DNA from: Flavobacteriales bacterium
GTDB lineage: Bacteria; Bacteroidota; Bacteroidia; UBA10329
Direction of reading: 5' to 3'
DNA: 39,685 nucleotides
Assembly: GCA_041302955.1 (NCBI GenBank)
Contig: JBFYQB010000072.1
Coordinates: forward strand, 1 to 39,685
Below the pieces are notes generated by a model that did no database searches, was not told the DNA's origin, and was given only the letters and a program-made list of their open reading frames with translations. A program made the translations under genes and the position numbers. This document shows, piece after piece, positions 9,646-17,614 of this stretch (its first letter is position 1; each line of letters opens with the position of its first letter).

Positions 9646-10881
9646 TCACCCCCGCACCATGCGCAATTGCGCAGCAGGCCGTATCACCTTGCTCACTGGC
9701 AGCCATGCGGCCAGCAGCCCTATGGTGAACACCGTTATCAGTACATAGACGACATCCAACGCCTGCACCTCGACAGGATATGCCTGAATGATGTAGGTAC
9801 CCGATGAACTGAGTGGCACGAACCCGAAGGTTATCTGCAACCAGCAGACCCCAAGGCCAAGCACAGCACCTATCACCGCGCCCGACATGGAGATGAAAAG
9901 TCCTTCGAGGATGAATATCCTGCGCACCAATGGCTCGCTGGCTCCCATGCTGCGCAAGATGTTGATGTCCTTCTTCTTGTCCAAGATCAGCATGGTCAGC
10001 GACCCGATCACATTGAAGATGCTCACCATAAGGATGAAGGCAAGAATCAGGAATACGGCCCATTTCTCGCTCTTCATGATCTTATAGAGCAGCTCGTTCT
10101 GCTGGTAGCGGTCCTTCACCACATAGGTATCGCCCAGCATTTCGGCAATACGGTCGCGTATGTCGGCCATGTTCGCATCGGGGCGCAGATAGACCTCTAT
10201 GGACGATACAACATCGGTATGCGCCAGCAATTTGCGCGTCAGGTCTATGGGCGCGATCACATACCCAAGGTCAAAGTCTTGCTGGATGGAGAACACGCCT
10301 GATGGGAACACGTGCTGCACTTGAAACGCCTTGCTGGGATCCATGCCACCCCGCATACCTCTGCGCGGCACATAGACCTCGATCGGATTGATGGGGTCGT
10401 TGAGGCCCGCTTCCAGAAAATAGGCCACGCCCGCCCCCATGATGATGCGCGATGCACCCTGTTCGTGCAGCAGCGGTTGTCCATCCGCGATCTTGGTGCC
10501 GATGCCCGAAGCCTGGATATAGTTGTCAGAAACGCCCTTGATCTTGGCGAAATACTGCTTGTCGCGGTAACGCAGCAGGCAGCTTTCTTCCAGCACATCC
10601 ACCGTTTCGCTTACGCCTTCCATGGCCTGTATCTCCTTCAGTGGAAAGCTGTCCAAGGCAATGGTCTTACCAAGGGCAGGCGTGATGCGCACGGGAGGTT
10701 CAGAAATATCGTAGAGCGAGATGACCAGCCCTTCAAACCCGTTGAACACCGACAGCACAACGATCATGGCCGCTGTGACCACCGCCACACCGCCCACCGA
10801 TATGGCCGAGATGATGTTGATGGCGTTGTGCGACTTCTTGCTGAAGAGGTAACGCTTGGCGATATGAAGGGGAAGGTTCAA
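9646..10881 (-). CDS. LolC/LolE-like (FtsX-family) ABC transporter permease
   Basis: 411 aa. N-terminus AKRYLFSKKSHNAINIISAISVGGVAV, a large extracytoplasmic loop, and a C-terminal FtsX-type 3-TM bundle. Confidence 0.85.
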   Translation of the reverse strand: MNLPLHIAKRYLFSKKSHNAINIISAISVGGVAVVTAAMIVVLSVFNGFEGLVISLYDISEPPVRITPALGKTIALDSFPLKEIQAMEGVSETVDVLEESCLLRYRDKQYFAKIKGVSDNYIQASGIGTKIADGQPLLHEQGASRIIMGAGVAYFLEAGLNDPINPIEVYVPRRGMRGGMDPSKAFQVQHVFPSGVFSIQQDFDLGYVIAPIDLTRKLLAHTDVVSSIEVYLRPDANMADIRDRIAEMLGDTYVVKDRYQQNELLYKIMKSEKWAVFLILAFILMVSIFNVIGSLTMLILDKKKDINILRSMGASEPLVRRIFILEGLFISMSGAVIGAVLGLGVCWLQITFGFVPLSSSGTYIIQAYPVEVQALDVVYVLITVFTIGLLAAWLPVSKVIRPAAQLRMVRG

Positions 10882-11004
10882 GATCGATTAGCTGATCAGC
10901 TGATTTGATAATGAGCAGATGCACAGCCCCAGTTTCTCACGTAGAAACGGAATCTCATATCCGCCAACTTCATCAGCTACTCTGCTAATCATCAGATCTG
11001 CTAA

Positions 11005-11352
11005 TTAACCTCCTTTGATGAGGTCCTCGATACGCTCAATATGGTCCAGCGAATCGTCCAGATGGAAGGTCAGTTCCGGCACTATGCGCAACTGGTGGCG
11101 CACCTGTTCGCCCAGATACTTGCGCACTTCCTTGGTATGTGTTTTCACAGCCTTGAGGGTCGCCTCTTTGTCGGGTACAGCGAATATGCTGAGGAACACC
11201 TTGGCCAGCCCCAGATCGGGACTGATGCGCACCTGCGTCACCGTCAGCATGCCGCCTTTGGCGAAAAGGCCTGCGTTGCGTTGGAAATAGATGGCAAGGT
11301 CCTGTTGAATGATCCGTGCCACTTTCTTCTGGCGTGTGCTTTCTTCCATCAT
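11005..11352 (-). CDS. rbfA: Ribosome-binding factor A
   Basis: 115 aa. RQKKVARIIQQDLAIYFQR...LTVTQVRISPDLGLAKVFLS...LRIVPELTFHLDDS is the typical RbfA pattern. Confidence 0.9.
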   Translation of the reverse strand: MMEESTRQKKVARIIQQDLAIYFQRNAGLFAKGGMLTVTQVRISPDLGLAKVFLSIFAVPDKEATLKAVKTHTKEVRKYLGEQVRHQLRIVPELTFHLDDSLDHIERIEDLIKGG

Positions 11353-11356
11353 GCGT

Positions 11357-11364
11357 CAAAGGTA
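11357..11364 (-). promoter_or_regulatory. Candidate -7 box (TACCTTTG on the minus strand) abutting the rbfA start
   Basis: Plus-strand caaaggta is an exact reverse-complement match to TAnnTTTG, 5 nt from the ATG at 11352. This may be leaderless transcription or chance. Confidence 0.3.
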
Positions 11365-11667
11365 GGTAGCGATGATGTGCTGATGTCCCCTTCTTCCTTG
11401 GCGTTAGAATTTGGGATTCATGGGCCGCAGAAGACGCTTTGAGTTCTTGAGATGGTCTGCGGGGTCTTTGTTCCTCTTGGAGAGAAGTTCGCAGAGCCAT
11501 GGTCACATATTGAAGATCAATTATTGTTGGTAGCTGTACATTTATCATAAGTAGCTGTGACGTTTACATGTTACGCGGCAAATTGATCTAACGTAGAGAT
11601 ATATATTTCTTTAGAAGATAAATGTGAACCAGAGGTAGCTCAATAGTTATTTAATGGAAAATATACA

Positions 11668-11743
11668 GCTACCTAAGGAATTTAATCAGCGTAATAAGAT
11701 AGACATACGGCTACTAATGGAACTTATTCAGCGTATTAAGATA
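11668..11743. repeat. Imperfect 34-nt direct repeat, two copies with a 42-nt period, in an AT-rich intergenic region
   Basis: gctacctaaggaatttaatcagcgtaataagata (11668-11701) versus gctactaatggaacttattcagcgtattaagata (11710-11743). Confidence 0.6.
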
Positions 11744-11854
11744 AATCTATAGCGTAACATGTTTATCCATCTGCATCCACATGTTTGCAGTCCAGGACAA
11801 TGCGTTCACCTGTAATGACGGCAGGATATGTAACTATGCGGTCGCTACATCATC

Positions 11855-13540
11855 GTGCTGTCCCGATCCCAGACATATATTTTTCTTACAGCTATTGCTG
11901 TGGTCTACGGCATCAGCGGTTTGGTCGATGTTATGGACATCGATGCAGCTCAATATGCCTCCATAGCCCGCGAGATGCTGGAAACGGGGGAATATCTGCA
12001 GGTGAAAAACCGCTATGTGGACTATCTGGACAAGCCACCGCTGCTCTTCTGGCTCTCGGCCTTGTCGTTCCACGTTTTGGGTATCTCCGAGTTTGCTTTC
12101 AAGTTGCCCTCGTTGCTCTTCGCGCTTTTGGGCATCTACTCCACATATCGTTTGGGTAAGTTGCTCTATTCAGAGTCCACGGGGCTTTTGTCGGCTGTCA
12201 TCTTCGCCTCCACGCAGGCCATGTTCCTCATCACCAATGATGTTCGCACGGACACCATGCTGACCGGGGCCATCATCTTCTCCATTTGGAACATTGTGGC
12301 CTATGACAGGAATGGCAAATGGAGCTCTCTGGTGGCTGCTGCGCTTGGTGTGGCACTGGGCATGCTTGCCAAGGGACCCATCGGCATGATGGCCCCTGCG
12401 CTGGCTTTCGGTGCACATGTTGTGTTCAAAAGGCAATGGGCATCAATATTCCGTTGGCAGTGGCTCGTTGTGATTGCTGTTGTTGCGCTTTTGATATCAC
12501 CCATGTTTTGGGGACTCTATCAGCAATTCGACATGCATCCGGAGAAAGGCGTATCAGGTATCCGCTTTTACCTGTGGGACCAGAGCTTTGGCAGGCTTAC
12601 GGGCGATAACCCGTTCATCAACAGCCAGACCACGCCACCGCCAAAGGCACCGTTCTTCTTTGTGCATACCGTGCTATGGGCCTTCTTGCCGTGGACCATC
12701 CTGTTCCTTTTCGCCTTCTGGGACAGAGCGAAGCACTTGGTGCGGTCGCGTTTTATCATGGGACCAAAGGACGAAGCCATCACCACAGGAGGTTTCCTCC
12801 TTGTGTTCATCGGCATGAGCCTTTCGGCCTATAAACTGCCACATTACATCTTCATCGTGTTTCCATTGGCGGCCATCATCACCGCAGATTTCGCTCAGCG
12901 AATGCTCATGGAGCCTCACAAAAGCCGCCTTCCCCACCTGTTGAGCATTGCGCAGCTTGTGCTTTCCGTAGTCATGTGTATCGCGATCATTGTGCTTTGC
13001 TCCATTTCATTCCCAATGCACAACATACTGCTCTGGATGTTGATGTTAGCGATGGTATTGATGTGTGTCGTCTTTTTCAAGATCGGAACGCAGTTATCAA
13101 AGCTCATCACGGTTCCGCTGCTTACTATCATTTCAGCCAACCTCGTGCTAAGTGCGCATGTCTATCCAGAGCTACTGGCTTACCAAAGCACGAACAGTGT
13201 GGGAAGACTGATGACTGAAAAACAGGTGCCCGAAGACCACTTCGTATCGTATCGTATAGGTGGTCATTCGCTCGATTTCTATGCGCAGCGTTCGGTGCCA
13301 TGGATATCGGTGGCAGATGATGTGGCTGCCCGTGTCCGTCAACACGACACTTGGGTTTTTACCGATGAGGCAGGTATGGCCGACCTTGCAGCGCATGATG
13401 TGATGGCAGACAGCATAGCGTCCTTTGAGGATTTTCGGATCACGATGCTCTCCTTCAAGTTTCTTATTCCAGAGCAGCGCCATGAAGTTGTGAGAGCCCG
13501 ATATCTGCTCTATTTCCGTGAGCAGAAGTCGGAGCGCTGA
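11855..13540 (+). CDS. ArnT/PMT-like (GT-C fold, GT39/GT83-type) polyprenyl-phosphate-dependent glycosyltransferase
   Basis: 561 aa and polytopic. The N-terminal motif DIDAAQYASIAREMLETGEYL...YLDKPPLLFWL is typical of this family. GTG start as given in the ORF track. Confidence 0.8.
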   Translation: MLSRSQTYIFLTAIAVVYGISGLVDVMDIDAAQYASIAREMLETGEYLQVKNRYVDYLDKPPLLFWLSALSFHVLGISEFAFKLPSLLFALLGIYSTYRLGKLLYSESTGLLSAVIFASTQAMFLITNDVRTDTMLTGAIIFSIWNIVAYDRNGKWSSLVAAALGVALGMLAKGPIGMMAPALAFGAHVVFKRQWASIFRWQWLVVIAVVALLISPMFWGLYQQFDMHPEKGVSGIRFYLWDQSFGRLTGDNPFINSQTTPPPKAPFFFVHTVLWAFLPWTILFLFAFWDRAKHLVRSRFIMGPKDEAITTGGFLLVFIGMSLSAYKLPHYIFIVFPLAAIITADFAQRMLMEPHKSRLPHLLSIAQLVLSVVMCIAIIVLCSISFPMHNILLWMLMLAMVLMCVVFFKIGTQLSKLITVPLLTIISANLVLSAHVYPELLAYQSTNSVGRLMTEKQVPEDHFVSYRIGGHSLDFYAQRSVPWISVADDVAARVRQHDTWVFTDEAGMADLAAHDVMADSIASFEDFRITMLSFKFLIPEQRHEVVRARYLLYFREQKSER

Positions 13541-13664
13541 GTCCGGCTCTTTGCCGTGCTATTCAAGGTGTCACATGGTGAGGACAGGTACGCTCCCTAT
13601 CACCGCGAGCTACTTGCAATAGTCGAGCACCATGGAACACATCCTTCTGCCCTAGCTTAATCCC

Positions 13665-13672
13665 TACTTTTG
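13665..13672 (+). promoter_or_regulatory. Candidate -7 box (TAnnTTTG) for trpS
   Basis: tacttttg is an exact match, 24 nt upstream of the ATG at 13696. No clear -33 TTTG was seen. Confidence 0.4.
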
Positions 13673-13695
13673 CCGCCCATTCCCAATACTATTCC

Positions 13696-14673
13696 ATGGC
13701 GCGGATACTTACAGGCATTCAGAGTTCAGGCAGGCAACATCTGGGCAACATACTCGGTGCTATCCGTCCGGCCATTGCGCTTGCGAATGACCCTGAAAAC
13801 GAATCGTTTCTCTTCATAGCCGACCTTCATTCGCTTACAACGATAAAAGATGGAATGAAACGCAAGGAGAACGTGCTGGCCACTGCGGCCGCTTGGTTGG
13901 CCTGTGGATTGGATACGGACCGCACGTTCTTTTACCGCCAGTCCGACATCCCGGAAGTGTGCGAACTCACGTGGTACTTGAGCTGCTTTGCGCCATTTCC
14001 GATGCTGGCCAATGCACATTCTTTCAAGGATAAACAGGAGCATCTGGCGGATGTCAATGCGGGTCTATTCACCTATCCAGTACTGATGGCCTGCGATATT
14101 TTGATGTACGATGCCGAAATCGTTCCGGTAGGCAAGGATCAGAAGCAGCATTTGGAAATGACGCGCGATATGGCCCGTTCGGTGAATCATCATTTCGACA
14201 AGGAGCTTTTCGTTATTCCAGAATCGAAGATCAGCGAAGAGGTGATGGTCATTCCCGGCACTGATGGTAGAAAGATGAGCAAGTCGTATGGCAATGTCAT
14301 CGATGTATTTCTTCCAGAAAAGGAGCTGCGCAAGCAGGTGATGGGCATAGTAACGGATAGCACCCCGCTGGAAGAACCGAAGAATCCGGACACCTGCAAT
14401 GTGTTTGCGCTATACCGTTTGATGGGAACCGAATCACAGGAGTCCGATCTACGCACCAAGTACGCGGCCGGAGGGTTCGGCTACGGACATGCCAAGCAGG
14501 CGCTTTTCGAACTGATCATGCAAGAATTTGCCACAGAACGCGCCCGATTCGATGCTTTGATGGCCGATCCTGCGGAGATAGAACGTGAGCTACAGGTTGG
14601 TGCTGAAAAGGCCAGACCTACGGCACATGCCGTGCTTCATCGCATCAAGAATGCGCTGGGCTACGGTTCCTAG
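13696..14673 (+). CDS. trpS: Tryptophanyl-tRNA synthetase
   Basis: 325 aa. N-terminus TGIQSSGRQHLGNILG (HIGH-like region), KMSKS motif (GRKMSKSYGN) and class Ic architecture. Confidence 0.95.
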   Translation: MARILTGIQSSGRQHLGNILGAIRPAIALANDPENESFLFIADLHSLTTIKDGMKRKENVLATAAAWLACGLDTDRTFFYRQSDIPEVCELTWYLSCFAPFPMLANAHSFKDKQEHLADVNAGLFTYPVLMACDILMYDAEIVPVGKDQKQHLEMTRDMARSVNHHFDKELFVIPESKISEEVMVIPGTDGRKMSKSYGNVIDVFLPEKELRKQVMGIVTDSTPLEEPKNPDTCNVFALYRLMGTESQESDLRTKYAAGGFGYGHAKQALFELIMQEFATERARFDALMADPAEIERELQVGAEKARPTAHAVLHRIKNALGYGS

Positions 14674-15623
14674 ACCAGAAAGACGGCCGCGGTCATCGCT
14701 ATGATGAGAAGGTCTGCCCACCACCAGACCTTGATTTTCTCCATCATCGCGCTGATGAGCACAGCAGATGGAAATGCAGCCATGGCTGCAGCTTCGGTCC
14801 AACTGAGGCCGAGACCGATAGCGGACAGCAGCGCCACTACCACGAGAGATACCACTACTAGCATACCATTGCGCGTGCGTACTGCTCCGCTGCTCATTTC
14901 CTGCATCACGGATGGTAAGGATAAACCAATTAGGACGAGCATAATAATATGACCCGCCTTTGCTGATGGAGCTCCGATAGGGAATATCCAGGCCGATAGC
15001 AACACCTGACGCAGGGCAGAGAACGGCTCGGCCTGCCAGATCAGAACCAGCATCAGAAAAATCAGGATCATCGCCACACCAGCAATCGGCATTATCCATT
15101 CGCGCCAAGCTCCTGGACGCATGATGAAGATGCTGAACAGCACAACGAGCAGCAGAACAATGCTCTGCCCATGCAAGATGGCCGCCACACCGCTAAGCAT
15201 ACCCACATGGAACAGGGTGGTAAGTACCGAGTCCTGCTTATAGGTTGACAGAATGAGAGCCACCACAGCTTGCCCTATGACGAGGGCAAGCATAAGGTCG
15301 GGACGTACAAGCAGATGCTGGAATAGTAAGGCCATACACACCATAACTAATATGGGCAGCCATCCTTTTGATTCAAGAAGCTTGAATCGGATGCCTATGG
15401 TGCGGGTCAAAAATCCCGCAAGGAGCACCATCAAAGCGCAAAAGAGCTGCTTTGCCAGTAACCATGGCCCCATCCAGCGGAATGCCCAATGCGCAGCAAG
15501 TTGATCAGTAACTGTTGACACACCACTGCCATCGACCATTCGGACCATGATAAGAGCAATGGCACCTACTACCACCAACAGTAGCGAAAGGAGTCCATTA
15601 TCTTTTAAAATGCGAGATAGCAT
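14670..15623 (-). CDS. Polytopic inner-membrane protein of unknown function
   Basis: 317 aa with roughly 9-10 hydrophobic helices and no recognisable catalytic motif. Its stop overlaps the trpS stop within the tetranucleotide CTAG. Confidence 0.7.
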   Translation of the reverse strand: MLSRILKDNGLLSLLLVVVGAIALIMVRMVDGSGVSTVTDQLAAHWAFRWMGPWLLAKQLFCALMVLLAGFLTRTIGIRFKLLESKGWLPILVMVCMALLFQHLLVRPDLMLALVIGQAVVALILSTYKQDSVLTTLFHVGMLSGVAAILHGQSIVLLLVVLFSIFIMRPGAWREWIMPIAGVAMILIFLMLVLIWQAEPFSALRQVLLSAWIFPIGAPSAKAGHIIMLVLIGLSLPSVMQEMSSGAVRTRNGMLVVVSLVVVALLSAIGLGLSWTEAAAMAAFPSAVLISAMMEKIKVWWWADLLIIAMTAAVFLV

Positions 15624-15693
15624 GCCTACGCGATCATGATCAGGTGTCAGCGCAAAGATGCCAAGCTTTTTGCCCTTGCCTTATTTCGTTCGA

Positions 15694-15701
15694 TATATTT
15701 G
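15694..15701 (+). promoter_or_regulatory. Candidate -7 box (TAnnTTTG) for the small membrane protein gene
   Basis: tatatttg is an exact match, 20 nt upstream of the ATG at 15721. It lies inside the longer ORF-track model starting at 15658 and so argues against that start. Confidence 0.4.
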
Positions 15702-15720
15702 CGGCCAAATAATTCGAACC

Positions 15721-15897
15721 ATGAATCTTCAGGACATCCTTGCACCAATAGAAGCATTATTCCTTTGGACCTTTGGCCTCGCTGAGGCTGCTAGTGATAT
15801 TGCCAACTATGTATTGATGGCCGTTATCTTCGGTGCGCTCGTCTATTGGACCATCCAATTGATCAAGTACGAGAAAAGCGAGGTTCCGAACAGCTGA
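15721..15897 (+). CDS. Small (58 aa) two-helix membrane protein, function unknown
   Basis: MNLQDILAPIEALFLWTFGLAEAASDIANYVLMAVIFGALVYWTIQLIKYEKSEVPNS. Supported by the promoter box and hydrophobic helices. Its stop TGA directly abuts the purD stop. Confidence 0.55.
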   Translation: MNLQDILAPIEALFLWTFGLAEAASDIANYVLMAVIFGALVYWTIQLIKYEKSEVPNS

Positions 15898-17193
15898 TCA
15901 TTGCTGCGCATCGAGTAATTCGCGCAGGTCTGCACCGATGTCGGTGCGGTAGTATTTTCCTTCGTAGCGTATCTTCTCGGCATTGCTGAACGATAGTTCC
16001 AATGCTTCGTCCAGAGAGTTGGCAATTGAGGTTATGGTCAGTATTCTACCTCCGTTTGTCACCACATTACCGTCCTTGTCTGTTGTGCCAGCATGGAAGA
16101 CGGTACTCCCTTCTACTGATCTTAGGCCAGTAATGACGTCTCCCTTTCTGTAGTTGCCCGGATAGCCGTCCGCTACGAGCATTACCGTACAGGCAGTTCT
16201 GGGATCGACCTTCAATTCTACTGCATTCAATGTCTGGTCGCCAACTGCTTCGAATAGTTCCAGAAGATCGGTCTCAATCCGTGGAATGACGACTTCGGTC
16301 TCTGGGTCACCCATGCGCACATTATACTCTATCACCTGAGGATCACCATTCACGTTCATCAGTCCGATGAAGATGAAACCGATATAATCGATGCCTTCTT
16401 TGGCAAGTCCTGCAATGGTGGGTTTTACAACACGTTCTTCTACTTTGGCGATGAAATCATCATCTGCGAAGGGAACTGGCGACACTGCTCCCATGCCTCC
16501 GGTATTCAGGCCGGTATCGCCTTCGCCAATGCGTTTATAGTCCTTGGCCGAAGGCAATATCTTGTAGTTTTTGCCATCGGTGAGCACAAATACCGAAAGC
16601 TCTATACCGCGAAGAAACTCTTCGATGACGACCTTTTTTGATGCCTCTCCGAATTTATGCCCTACCAACATGGAGGTAAGCTCTATACGGGCTTCAACAA
16701 GTTCCTCACAGATAAGTACACCCTTACCTTGTGCCAGACCGTCTGCTTTCAGTACATATGGGGCTTCCAACGTCTCCAGAAAATCCAATCCCTGCTGCAG
16801 CGTGTCTTCAGTGAAACTGTGATATTGCGCGGTAGGTATATGGTGCCTTACCATGAATTCCTTGCTGAAATCCTTACTGCCTTCCAACAGGGCACCCATG
16901 CGTGATGGGCCAATTACTGGAATATAACGCAGAGTAGAATCGGCCTTGAAATAGTCGCTTATACCAGCTACCAAGGGAGCTTCTGGACCCACTACTACAA
17001 GAGACACTCCATTTTCCAGTATGAATTGGCGCAGGCCGGCAAAATCAAGCGGGTCTAGATTCACATTGGTACCCACATTTCGTGTACCGGCATTACCTGG
17101 CGCGATGTAAAGTCTGGTTAGGCGTGGACTTTGTGCAAGCTTCCATGCAAATGCATGTTCTCTTCCTCCGGCTCCAAGCAGCAATACGTTCAT
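15898..17193 (-). CDS. purD: Phosphoribosylamine-glycine ligase
   Basis: 431 aa. MNVLLLGAGGREHAFAWKL at the N-terminus, an ATP-grasp core and GPETEV-type motifs (MGDPETEVVIPR). Confidence 0.95.
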   Translation of the reverse strand: MNVLLLGAGGREHAFAWKLAQSPRLTRLYIAPGNAGTRNVGTNVNLDPLDFAGLRQFILENGVSLVVVGPEAPLVAGISDYFKADSTLRYIPVIGPSRMGALLEGSKDFSKEFMVRHHIPTAQYHSFTEDTLQQGLDFLETLEAPYVLKADGLAQGKGVLICEELVEARIELTSMLVGHKFGEASKKVVIEEFLRGIELSVFVLTDGKNYKILPSAKDYKRIGEGDTGLNTGGMGAVSPVPFADDDFIAKVEERVVKPTIAGLAKEGIDYIGFIFIGLMNVNGDPQVIEYNVRMGDPETEVVIPRIETDLLELFEAVGDQTLNAVELKVDPRTACTVMLVADGYPGNYRKGDVITGLRSVEGSTVFHAGTTDKDGNVVTNGGRILTITSIANSLDEALELSFSNAEKIRYEGKYYRTDIGADLRELLDAQQ

Positions 17194-17222
17194 ACGGTGA
17201 TCTTATAGGGGTGAATGATGGC

Positions 17223-17230
17223 CAAAGTTA
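17223..17230 (-). promoter_or_regulatory. Candidate -7 box (TAACTTTG on the minus strand) for purD
   Basis: Plus-strand caaagtta is an exact reverse-complement match to TAnnTTTG, 30 nt upstream of the purD ATG at 17193. Confidence 0.4.
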
Positions 17231-17277
17231 AGGTTTGGAGACCGAGAAGAATGTATGCCGTCAATCGGCTCACATTC

Positions 17278-17505
17278 TCAGTAATCGACCAAATGCAGAT
17301 ACAACTGCTCTACTTTGCTCCGTGCCCAAGGCGTCTTTCGGAGGAATGCCAAACTGGACTTTATAGACGGCTCATAGATGAAACAGCGGATAGGAATCAG
17401 TTCACCGAGTTCTTCCCAGCCATATTCGTCAACAATGCGTTCCAACATGGTTGCCAATGTCACACCATGTAACGGATTGTTCTTTTGTGTCAGTGCCTCA
17501 GACAT
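17278..17505 (-). CDS. VF530/DUF2132-like small DNA-binding protein
   Basis: 75 aa. [33 protein letters not shown]...[24 protein letters not shown] matches my memory of the VF530 family. Confidence 0.7.
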   Translation of the reverse strand: MSEALTQKNNPLHGVTLATMLERIVDEYGWEELGELIPIRCFIYEPSIKSSLAFLRKTPWARSKVEQLYLHLVDY

Positions 17506-17599
17506 TGCAACAAACCTAAGAAGACTTATTGAAGCATAGGAAAGAACTGATAAAGGCAGGGATGTTCGAAAAGCAAAATTGGCGATGAACTTCGCAACT

Positions 17600-17607
17600 T
17601 ACCTTTG
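17600..17607 (+). promoter_or_regulatory. Candidate -7 box (TAnnTTTG) abutting the dnaG start
   Basis: tacctttg is an exact match, only 7 nt before the ATG at 17615. Confidence 0.3.
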
Positions 17608-17614
17608 ATCCCCC

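Noticed and set aside
10890-10901. 12-bp perfect palindrome agctgatcagct just upstream of the LolE-like start, with nearby gctaat/cagctg repeats
   Set aside because: It is too short to distinguish from chance and has no second half-site or known operator consensus. It is noted only as a possible binding site.
11036-11548. 170-aa minus-strand ORF overlapping rbfA in another frame
   Set aside because: The rbfA frame has the family signature. The alternative frame is Arg/Pro/Ser/Gly-rich noise extending into the AT-rich spacer.
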